DNA of 38,415 nucleotides, taken from NCBI RefSeq assembly GCF_001186125.1, contig NW_014040185.1, positions 6,487-44,901 on the forward strand, written 5' to 3'. Source of the stretch: Sphaeroforma arctica JP610. Lineage: Eukaryota. The notes beneath the pieces were generated by a model. It was not told the DNA's origin. It saw only the letters and a program-made list of their open reading frames with translations, and made no database searches. The translations under genes and the position numbers were made by a program. Positions within the stretch are counted from its first letter, which is position 1, and the number at the start of each line of letters is the position of its first letter. This document shows positions 23,602 through 35,176 of the stretch, piece after piece.

Positions 23602-25607
23602 ATGTAAATCTAGATATATATATTCCATTGCATATTCTATCCTAAAAATTGAACGCCTACTCCGTCATATCTACTACCATTCGGTGTAGGTGCTGTACAG
23701 GTGCAATGGTTGTGCATCGCATGCCAACCCCTAACTCCCAATGCTCGACGCTCGTGCATCTCTGTACACACACATACACATCCCACACTACGCACAAACA
23801 AACAAACAACTGCTATGAGTCATACCACATGGTATGGTATATGCATGTCTTTGGTTGTTGAGGTGTGGGAGTGTGAGAGTGCCGGTCAGAGATCACAGGA
23901 CGCACACTTTGTTCTCAATATCCTATGCCTTGTGTGTTAATCCATACATCCACAGCCAAGGAGCAAGCCCAGGCTGTGATTTTCGGGGGTTATGAAGCCA
24001 ATAGCAGGTACGTATTGTGTATTGGGTCTTCTATATTAGCCTGTCTCTGCACCTCACGTGTGTGATTTGGGACCGTTCGAGGACCGTGTGATACCGTTAC
24101 AAGCGTTATGTATTGTGACGTACCAGAACTTTTCAACCCTTTATTATATACGGTGAAGTGATTGGGCTATAACACTTGCGCTTAACAATGGGTCTGTGTG
24201 TATTTGACCACGACCATCGCTGTGGCTGTGTAATGTGTTGCTGATGAGCTATGTTGACTCGGTCTGGGGGGGGGGGGGAAGTGTGCGTTCTGAGTAGCCA
24301 ATATGTATGCCATTTTTCCTTTGCTTTCGATACACTGGTTTATATACACACAGGTATAATCATATACGAACATGTACATATAAACAAGCATAGTCATGCA
24401 CAAATATATATACACATAAACATACTCGTATTTTATACACATAAACATACTTGCACAATAGTGAGGCTGGCAGACATCTGCCCATTGTCTCGTGTCGCCT
24501 TCGATCAGTCACGCGCAAGGTTCTCTTTAAATGTCCACTAGCGCATTCGATCCCGCACTTCCATGCTCCTGCTTTATTGGCCAGTACTGTGTAGGATATT
24601 ACTCTATCATTCTCCTACTTTCCTTGCCAATACCTGGTCTAGCCCTGGCCACCCTCTACTTGCTTCGGCTTAATCATCCAATCCCGGCTACACCCACACA
24701 CACACTAGTGTTACCTAGCCCAACAGCCCAGACCCATGGATGACCACTCACTTCCATATTCCTGCTTGATTGTCTACTATCACCTATGGTCATGTACACT
24801 CCCCTCCTCCTGCTTAATTGTCCTGTACCATCTCTCCCGGTATCTGTGCCTCGCCTAATTGTAGTATCACCTAAGATCACACATTCTCCCATACTCCTGC
24901 TTGATTGTCCTGTACTATCACTCTAGGTAACTGTGTCTCGCCTAATTGTAGTATCACCTAAGATCACACACTCTCCCATACTCCTGCTTAATTGTCCAGT
25001 ACCATCTCTCCAGGTATCCGTGGATTGGTTCTCTGCAACTGGCAGAGTCTGTCGACGCCACCGAATACTACCACATCTGTGGGGGGGCTCTCATCGCACC
25101 TAATTGGGTCCTAACTGCGGCCCATTGCTGGGTACAAGGTGCAGTACAGTACATGCTCATAGATGTCCAGGATTATTATACAGTGGTCTAATCTCGTGTT
25201 ACAGGCACTTGCCAAACACGCTGTAGAGTACCCAATATTTCTGTACGTGTCTCCATTTCCCCTTTTGGATCAACCTAATTTCCTTTGATTTGCTACATTT
25301 TGGAATCAACATATTGGTCACTTTCCGTATATTGCTTCCTTTCCTTCTGTATAGCATTGAAACCTCCCAGTAAATTATTAATCTTCTTCTTATAAACTCA
25401 TTTGTCGTCTTCCAAAACCTTAAAACCCTAAAACCAGGAGCCACCGACAATCCCAATCGCGTGTGTTTAGGCGGGAATGATCTGCGCGCGCCCTCGCAGT
25501 TCGAATGCCACACAATAATCGAAAACATCATTCATCCGCAATGGAACAACGCATCCTTTGAGAACGATCTAATGGTGAGTGATATATATATATATATGTA
25601 TGTATAT

Positions 25608-25657
<50 letters not shown>

Positions 25658-26147
25658 GCGTAACGTTGTATGTTACAATGCCTGACAACTGAGGTATTAC
25701 ACATGTGAGAGTACGCGCAGTGGTCGCATGATGTGAGAAGAATCCATTTAATCCGTTTAATCGTGGGACTAGAACTGATTGAGTGAGTAGTAGGTATCTG
25801 TAGTTGGTGTGTTCACTTCTCGCGTGCCCTTGATCATCTGCATGATGTGTAGAGAACCCTAAATCCCAACCCCTATAAGAAAGGTTATGTATATGTAGCT
25901 AAGCCCTTTAAAGTATAGGTAGAATATATGTAGCGAGGCTACAGTACAAAAAGAATATAGCTCTGCACTGTGTAGTAGTAGCCTGGAACACAGAACAACA
26001 TAGTCGCTCGCCCCCTGGCATGCATAAGCGTGTGTGCATTTGCTTAGTTTTGTACATGTCATCACTTAACTTATATAAATTAATGGTATTATTATCATTA
26101 TTATTATTATTAATATATATATATATATATGTGTGTGTGTGTTTATG

Positions 26148-26178
<31 letters not shown>

Positions 26179-27763
26179 GTGTATATGTATATATATATGT
26201 GTGTGTGTGTATGTATTGTATTTTTGTTATGTATATATATATATATATATATATATAATCTTACTGGTGTACATGACACAGACTGTTTGTGTTTGCGCCC
26301 ACGCACAGACTCGTGGACGACCAAATAAATGCAATGAACTAATAAAAGGTTTTAGGTTTTAATGAATTATTATAATGTTTTAGGGTTTTATGAACTATTA
26401 TACGGTTTTAGGGTTTAAACAAAGTCTGGCTCGGGTCGGTCTGAGAGCTCACACTCACATGCACCATGCAGCAGGCTTTTAGGGTTTTAAGGCTTGTCGT
26501 AGGGTTTAGGATTTCTCCATGCCTAAACCCCCCATGGCACCCCCACCCCCCCCCCTTTCCTAATCTGTACCTATACCCAACACATAGCTTATCAAACTGG
26601 AGACTAGCTCGGAGAAAGAGCCTATTAAGCCCAATCAGAGCCAAGATATGTATCAGCATCTGCAGGAGTTCGAGCTGATTGGCTGGGGTGCGTCCCAATA
26701 CTCAAGCGGAGCAGCCTCTACGTCACTGAACGGCATCGGCATGATGGTATGTGGCGGTGGGCTAGGACTAAGTAGTAGGTAAGTGTAGTACTGTTTCGCT
26801 GTAGCCCTAAACCTTAAAATCTAGACCGGCGCAGGGTTGGTTGAAAACCTATAGGGTTTTTAGGGTTTTGATTCACACATTTACACCAAGAAGTGGTGTA
26901 TTACTGTTGTGGAGGAAATAGATGGGGTGTAGCGTGAGAAAAATGAATACCTTTTCATATGTATGTACTTAAACGGATACCTCTGCATATGTATGTACTA
27001 CAATGAATATCTTTTCATATGTATGTACTTTAATGGATACCTCTGCATATGTATGTACTTAAATGAATACCTTTTTGTATGTATGTACTCTAACGGATAC
27101 CTCTGCATATGTATGTACTTAAATGGATACCTAGTCATATGCATGTACTTTAACGGATACCTCTGCATATGTATGTACTCAAATGAAAATCTTTTCATAT
27201 GTATGTACTTTAACGGATACCTCTGCATATGTATGTACTTCAATGAAAATCTTTTCATATGTATGTACTTTAACGGATACCTCTGCATATGTATGGACTT
27301 AAATGATTACCTTTTCATATGTATGTACTTTAACGGATACCTCTGCATATGTATGTACTCAAATGAATAGTTTTCATATGTATGTACTTTAACGGATATC
27401 TCTGCATATGTATGTGCTTAAATGAATACCTTTTCATATGTATGTACTTTAATGGATACCTTTGCATATGGATGTACTTTAATGGATACCTTTGCATGTG
27501 TATGTACTTTAATGGATACCTTTGCATATGTATGTACTTAAATGAATACCTTTTTGTATGTATGTACACTAATGGATACCTCTGCACATGTATGTACAGG
27601 TGGACTATTCCTCGGAGTGCAGTATCTTCTCTCAGCCACTGACAAATCCACTGAAGATCACACAGTTCTGTGACTACGGCCGCATAGACCAGGGTGGATG
27701 CAATGGAGACTCAGGAGGTAGATCACTATATGTATATGTATATGTATATGTATATATATATAT

Positions 27764-27825
<62 letters not shown>

Positions 27826-28979
27826 NNNNNNNNNNNNNNNNNNNNTATATAATGTGTGTGTGTATGTGTGTGTGTCTATGTACTGTGTCGATTTACTGTG
27901 TCTATGTACTTTGTCTATGTGTATAAGTGTATATCAATATGATTAGTGTATATAGATATGGTTAGTGTATGAGTATATATATACATAGTATGTGTATGAG
28001 TGTATATAAAAGTATTAGATGTATTCCTGTCTATATATTGTGTGTTTGTGTTTGAATGTATACATATATATTATGTGTAAGTCTCTCTATATGATGTGTG
28101 TATTTGTATGCTATATCGAGAGACTGAGCCGCAACCAGCTCATGCGGTACAGCCTGCGGTTTATTTACTAATGTGTGGGTGTGTCCTGGTATGTTAAGTG
28201 TTGGTGTGTTAAGTGTCGACATGCGCATACATATGTAAACTTACGCATAAATAAACAAAGGGCTTAAAGGTTTTCTAAGTTGTCTCCCAAGTAACTAGCG
28301 ACCGCTGTAAGCTTTTAGGGTTTTAGGGTTTTAGATAATAACTTGGTGGTACCTCTAGACCACCTCAGGCAGTGGTACTGTAGACGCAGTAGTGTCTTTT
28401 ACAGTTGCAATGTTTGTCATATAACTGACTGTGTCTTTAGACCACCCCAGCCAGTGCTACTGTAGACTCAGTAGTGTCTGTTTCAGGTGCAATGTTTGAT
28501 ATACAATTAACTGTGATGTGCGCACTCCCCTTACTGCAGTCGATGCCACATATGATCACATGCGGACATATGACTAATGCTGAACACAATGACAATCAAT
28601 AGACTTGTAGCACATACAAACCCATACTACCTATGCAAGCAACATCCACTAGGTGATGTATGAATGCACTGCACCTGTTTCTCTACACGTAGGACCGGCT
28701 TTCCGGCAAGACGGGGACAAGTTCTACGTACTAGGCGTGGTGAGCTTTGGTAGCCAAGACTGCGCCGATGGAAACCCTGGGGTGTACACAAAGATCGCAG
28801 ACTACGTTGATTGGATTGAGTCGTATGTTGGGTGTTGGGGGGGCTATTTGTATCTGTGACTATATATATATATATATATATAATATATATATATATATAT
28901 AGTATGTATTATGTATGTATATATATATATATAGTATATATATACTATATATAGTATACATAAAATATATATATAACAT

Positions 28980-29019
<40 letters not shown>

Positions 29020-31785
29020 GGTTGTATTGAGTCGTATGTTGGATGGTGGGTGGGCTGAGTGTGTCTGTGACTCTCTACATATAAATATATACATATATAT
29101 ATGTATAAATATGAGTATGTATATATATATATATATATGTAAATGATTACTGTATTTAGTCGTATGTTGGTTGTTGGGTGGGCTAAGTGTGTCTGTGGCT
29201 ATATATATATATATATGTATATATGTATATATATATATTAAATACAAATGTATATATATTAAATACAAATGTATATATATAAATATGTATATATGTATAT
29301 ATATTTATATATATATATATATATGTATATGTATATGTATATGTATATATATATATATAAATATATACAAATATACGAATATGTATATATGTATACACAT
29401 ACTATTGGTTTTATTGAGTCGTATGTTTGGTGCGGTGTGGGCTGAGTGTGACTTTGACTATATATATATGTATATATATATATATACATATTACATATAG
29501 ACACATAGTATATATATCACATATAGGCATCATATGTTGCATATACACACAAATCATATATGGTACATATAGACACATATTATATGTATTACATATAGAC
29601 ACATAGTATATATATTACACATAGATACTTCCTATATGTCACATATACACACAAATCATATATAGTACACAGACTTATCATATATAGTACATATAGACAC
29701 ATAGTATATTTAATACATATAGACATATCATATATGATACATTTACACACAAACCATATATAGTACATATACACACGTATACATATTACATATACACACA
29801 AACCATACATATTACATATACACACAAACCATACATATTACATACACACACCTACCATTCCGTGCCCACCGCAGACACACCGAACCCTGGACCTGGGCGG
29901 ACGATTGCGCCACCTTAAAGCCGTGTCTGAATGAGGGCGTCTGCAAAGACTGTGACTGGCAGGGCTGTTACAACGGCCAGGGCTACTACTTCTGCACTTG
30001 CGCCAACGGGTACGTGGATGCAGGGTTGTAGGGTGTAGGGTTTGGTTTGCGACATGCGTGCGGGTCTTGACAAATTTACGACATATGTGTGGACGATACA
30101 GAGATAACGAACGCAGGTGTAGTTTTGATATGTTCGTGATATGTACAAACGCGGGTTTTGGTTAGTATGCAACATGCGTGAGGGTCTTGACAACTTTACG
30201 ACATACGCATAGATGTACTGTAGATTGCGACATAGGTGCGGTCTCGAATTATTTGCGACATAACCGCGGGTGTGGGCTAGTTTACGACATGTCGTGTCAG
30301 TAATTGATGACTAATTTTACGACATGGGTGCGGTTTTCATTCCGTTTGAGACCCTTTCAAACTATGCTCTGTGATATTGAGACATCGGGTGATGTATAGT
30401 GAGATAGTGCTCGGAAGACATACACTTAGATCCCTAAGTTGTCATATAGACAGCATATATGTGACATATAGACGTACCATATATGTTTCATATAGGCATA
30501 TTATATATGCTACATACAGACACATATCATATAGGATACGTATAGATACATAGTATGAATACTACATCTAGATACATAGCATATATATTACATACACACA
30601 TATATCATATGTATTACATATAGCTACAGAGTATATATATATTACATATAGACACATATTATATATATATTACATATACACATAGTATATATGTTTCATA
30701 TAGACACATAGTAATATATATTACATATAGACATGGTATATATGTTACATCTAGCCACATAGTATATATATATTACATATAGACACATATTATATATATA
30801 TTACATATAGACATAGCATATATGTTACATATAGACACATAGTATATATATATTGCATATAGACATAGTACATATAGACACATAGTGTATATATCACATA
30901 TAGACACATAGTATACATAGTACATGTAGACACGTATTGTATATGTTACATGTAGACAAATAGTATATATGTTACATGTAGACAGATAGTAGATATGTTA
31001 CAAATAGACACCAACACTAAGCCCTATCCCCCTAAAACGCTACACACCCCCACAGATTCAGTGGTACTAACTGCAACGACACAGGCACACCATGGGTCAA
31101 CATGATCGCCGCAGCTCAGGTCCGTACCTCGGCGAGAGCGGCGGGTGTGGTGTGGGCAGAGGAGCCGTTTAACGCTGCAGTAGTTGCACGCGTGAACACG
31201 GCTCTGTATACTACGCTTGCTGCGTGTATTGCTGTGCTTTGGCTGTATGTGCGCGCGCGTGTGTGTGTGTGTGCGTGCGTGTTACACGTGGGTGTGGGTG
31301 TAGTATACACATGTGGAAGTATATGTGTGTGGAGGTATGGATGTGCATATGTATGTAATCAGTGTGTGTGTGTGTATGGTGTCTGTGATTCGGAGGGAGA
31401 GATGAATGTTGTCCGTCTCCGCAGACGCGTTGTCTCGTGCGGCGGCTGTAGCGAAATTGAACACACCCCATTGCGCTGCATTTGCTGAGTGCAATGCTTT
31501 ACTTTGGTTATACGAAAGTATGTGTGTGTGTGTATACGCACATGTGCATAGAACTTACACTTAGAAATATTAGAGCATATATATGTATGATTAGACGATG
31601 TATAAGCATGTTCATAGGTTCATAGACTACATACATAGACGTGATAGAATATATTTTAGTATGAATAGATGGACATATGCACTTGTATGAGCATGTTCAT
31701 ATACATATATGTATATTTGTATATGTGTACAATATATATATGCATATCATATATTATTTTTTATTTACAAATATATATATATATG

Positions 31786-31829
<44 letters not shown>

Positions 31830-32593
31830 CACACACATACACACACACACACATTGTATATATATTTTATATATATTTTATTATATTATTATATTATTAT
31901 ATTATTATATTATTATATTATATTATATTATATATAGATATATATATATATGTATATATATTACCACTAGTTGTGTGTCTGCTAGTATCTTGCAGCATGC
32001 ATGTTCGCCTACGTGTGTGGTAAAAAAAATAAAGCATCTCCTCAATAATGATGAAGTAGTTATGCATATATGTGTTGTACGTTGAAGTAGTTGCGTATAT
32101 GTGTGTGCCCGTGTCAACGAGTGCCGTTGTCCAGTCCAAAATGGCATAGATATAGCTCTGGCATTATCCTCTCTTTTTCTCTTCTTTTTTGTCAATAAAA
32201 CGATAAAGTTCTGTTCATTTGTACTATGCTCTCTAGTTTAGGAATCTATATCGCAGTAACACGTGGACCTCTAAATATATTCAACGTTTAATGCAGCACG
32301 TTAACAATGCACAATATACGTCTAGAAACAGATCATTCAATGTTGAACAAACCCCTGCATGCACGCCTAGGAACACATTATTCAATGTTGATTAAATTCC
32401 TGACTATAGTGCCCATTCCATATACGACACACTACAGAATATAAACACCGCGCCGAAAACCCAGCAATCTGCCGAGGCAAACGACGACGATGACTATATA
32501 CAAGCGACCGATTCTGCAGGCACCCACACCATAGTTGGCTACGGGGCCATCGGTCTGAGTGTCGGCGTTGCCATGGCAACGGCCCTCATGTAG
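22195..32593 (+). CDS. Secreted S1A (chymotrypsin-family) serine protease with a C-terminal EGF-like domain and GPI-anchor-type tail; 10 exons, ~405 aa
   Basis: Phase-consistent GT-AG exons: 22195-22336, 23956-24007, 25014-25138, 25438-25574, 26588-26746, 27600-27717, 28693-28822, 29875-30009, 31056-31119, 32438-32593. They give a signal peptide, IFGG activation site, [39 protein letters not shown], an EGF module and DSAG plus a hydrophobic C-terminus. Confidence 0.88.
22727..23048. other. Assembly gap (N run) in protease intron 1; a second gap lies at 27826-27844
   Basis: Runs of N next to (TA)n or (TG)n tracts. Confidence 1.
23180..23620. repeat. Compound (TA)n/(TG)n/(TGTA)n microsatellite
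   Basis: Direct reading; source of the many YIYIYI ORFs. Confidence 0.95.
24745..25018 (+). repeat. 87-bp tandem repeat ending in the acceptor of protease exon 3
   Basis: CTCCTGCTT(A/G)ATTGTCC recurs at 24807, 24894 and 24981. Confidence 0.85.
26941..27599 (+). repeat. 30-bp minisatellite (~22 copies) filling protease intron 5
   Basis: Unit approximately AATGGATACCTCTGCATATGTATGTACTTT, with alternating variants. Confidence 0.95.
29490..31010. repeat. Degenerate intronic repeats (TTACATATAGACACATAGTATATA-like, and a CGACAT-containing repeat) on both sides of protease exon 8
   Basis: Many imperfect copies at 29490-29850 and 30440-31010; a different repeat at 30040-30335. Confidence 0.8.
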
Positions 32594-33040
32594 ATATCCC
32601 GTCCCTGTCTACGAGGGAGTGATGCGATGTGTTTGATAGGGATAGGGCAAAGCGGTGGTGTCTTGCGGCAAGGACTTGCATAGAGGGGGGAGTGTGCTCG
32701 CTTGGGGGACGAGACTTACTTCTGTAGGATACATTTACACCCACATGCCCATGCGTATATGCACGTTTATTTTGAATATATACGCATGTATTGTACATAC
32801 ATACACATGAAGTTCACATACATACACATGTAGTTCACATACATACACATGTAGTTCACACATATACACCACTATGTCACTTGCATCCTGTTGTACAGTA
32901 TGGAGGTTGGGGACGCACACGTACATAGTATGTGCGCATAGCTATATAACTTGCATTGTACTAGGCAAGTACAAGCAGTACGACTGCATGGTCACATACA
33001 CAGACTAAGCTTGTCACAGGTACACATACGTAGAAACTCG

Positions 33041-33088
<48 letters not shown>

Positions 33089-33639
33089 ACACACATCTGT
33101 ATAAAGATATCAGGTTTACAATCAAACGATACGTGTGCTACCGGTTCACCAAGAAACAATAGTATCTCGATAGTGGTTTCCGGTTGTTATGCGTAGTCAC
33201 CGATATGATTCCCTATGTCCCCTTGTGTATTGTATGCAATGTTAGATAGGCCTCGGCTGACCTACCTCGTTTAAAAAAACAATGATAATAAACTAAGTTC
33301 AAATATGATAAGCTTTCATGAATACCAGTATGACAAATGAAATTAAAATATACGAAAGTATTCATTTGGATAGTTGCTTCGTCTCAGTCAAACTCCGCAT
33401 CGGTCGCATCCTTCACACATGTTCAGAGAAATAAAGATACACGCATATACTTCCCAAACCCTAAACCCCTAAAACCATCGGGAAAATCAACTGAGCTCCG
33501 TTGAACAGAACCAAATTAAGGCAGGCGCTAAACAAGTGTGCTCTGTTCGTTATTCGGCTGCAAGCGGATGTTAGAGCTTTGCCAACGCGTTCAATGGATT
33601 ACATATGACAGTATACACAAACATTCCCACCAGTTTCCG

Positions 33640-34270
33640 TCATAAACTTTATTATCCCGGTTATATACTATACCATCCCCGTTATATTCAGTACTATCTC
33701 CGTTATGTACTTTGCTATCTCGGTTTTATACTATACCATCCCATTTATAAACTAGGCTATCTCCGTTGTATTCTGTACTATCTCCGTTTTATACTGTACC
33801 ATCTCCGTTGTCTACTATACTATACCATCTCCGTTATATACTAAACCATCCTCGTTATATACTAAACCATCCTCGTTATATAGTTTACTATCTCGGTTCT
33901 ATAATATACCATCCCGAAATGTACTATTCCATTTCCGTTATATACTATTCTATTTCCGATATATACTATATCGTCACCGTTGAATATTATGCTATCTTCG
34001 TTTTATACTATATCATCTCCATTATAAACTCTCCGTTGTTTATTATGTTATATACTATAGTATACTATCTTCGTTATATACTATACAATCTCCATTATAA
34101 ACTGTCTCCGATATATATTATGTTATATACTAAGTATAGTATACTATCTTCGTTATATGCTATACCATCTCCATTATATGCTATATCAGTTTCATACTAT
34201 ACCATCTCCGCTATATACTACCATTTCCGATATATACTATACGATCACCCGTTATATACTATACTAAACG
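33640..34270. repeat. Degenerate ~21-bp minisatellite (CCATCTCCGTTATATACTATA)
   Basis: Repeated imperfect units. Confidence 0.85.
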
Positions 34271-34317
34271 AATACAGCAGAGCACATGCGGCCTCGTTTG
34301 GTCGGTAGACGGTTTTC

Positions 34318-34510
34318 AAACTTGTACCAACCCAACCAAGGATACGCATCCGAACTAATTTCCGAACTAATTTCGGAGCGTACACTACAGTAAGACGTAT
34401 GTATTTACAACGAAACTTGTACCAACCCAACCAAGGATACGCATCCGAACTAATTTCCGAACTAATTTCGGAGCGTACACTACAGTAAGACATATGTATT
34501 TACAACGAAA
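34318..34510. repeat. Near-perfect 95-bp tandem duplication
   Basis: AAACTTGTACCAACCCAACCAAGG... starts at both 34318 and 34413. Confidence 0.95.
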
Positions 34511-34698
34511 AATAAATGGTGCCGTGTAGGAAACCACGGCATTCGTCGTGCGGGTAAATGTTTGGTATGCTTACAGTTTCGTATGCCCATCTCCTGACTT
34601 ATCTCTCGCGTGTTGATACGCTATCTAATTAACTTATAACGTTCTCGTGTATACATGATATAGCAGCCTTTTATTTTCATCATCCGACCCTTTCGCAG

Positions 34699-35075
34699 CC
34701 ATTCGATGACAGTCAGCAAGTACTCCAGCAGCGATATGCACGCATTCGCATCGTATGCAACTGTGTAGTGTATGTAAGTGCAGTCTTCATCTGGTGACAG
34801 CTCTACGCCTACGACTACCTGACGTTCGACGAGGTGCGTGTGAACATTAGTGCTACAGGTCAGTACATACACGCCACTCCTATGCCCTATAAGGCAATGG
34901 GTATACGCAATGGATCATGTGCACTACTAACCCATTCGCCACTCACATCCACACTGCTGTGTGATGCCGTCGCCAGGTACGAGTCATGTGTAGGGCCCAT
35001 GGCACCAGCGCTACCCTTGCGAATGCTTATCCGGCCGAAGTGTATATCGCCGCATACGAAGACAAAGCCCCATAA
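34699..35075 (+). CDS. Putative 3' exons of a small unknown gene convergent with the PSP-GPDH gene
   Basis: Exons 34699-34752, 34801-34833 and 34977-35075 are all phase 0 with AG/GT ends, and TACTAAC lies at 34925. Translation: PFDDSQQVLQQRYARIRI-LYAYDYLTFDE-VRVMCRAHGTSATLANAYPAEVYIAAYEDKAP*. No start exon was identified. Confidence 0.4.
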
Positions 35076-35176
35076 CCATACGCAGTACTCACTCTACAAG
35101 TGTTCTGTTCAGGGCAAATACGGCAACACCATAGTACACCAGTGCATTTCCCGGAGACCTACTGCTAGCTAGCCTT

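Noticed and set aside
22631..23689. Numerous [10 protein letters not shown] ORFs (also at 26129, 28945-29825, 31669-32195 and 38215)
   Set aside because: Translations of TA/TG microsatellites and N gaps, not genes.
26941..27599. Regular 30-bp repeat array resembling CRISPR or a repeat protein
   Set aside because: Units are contiguous with no unique spacers, there are no cas genes, and the array lies inside a spliceosomal intron.
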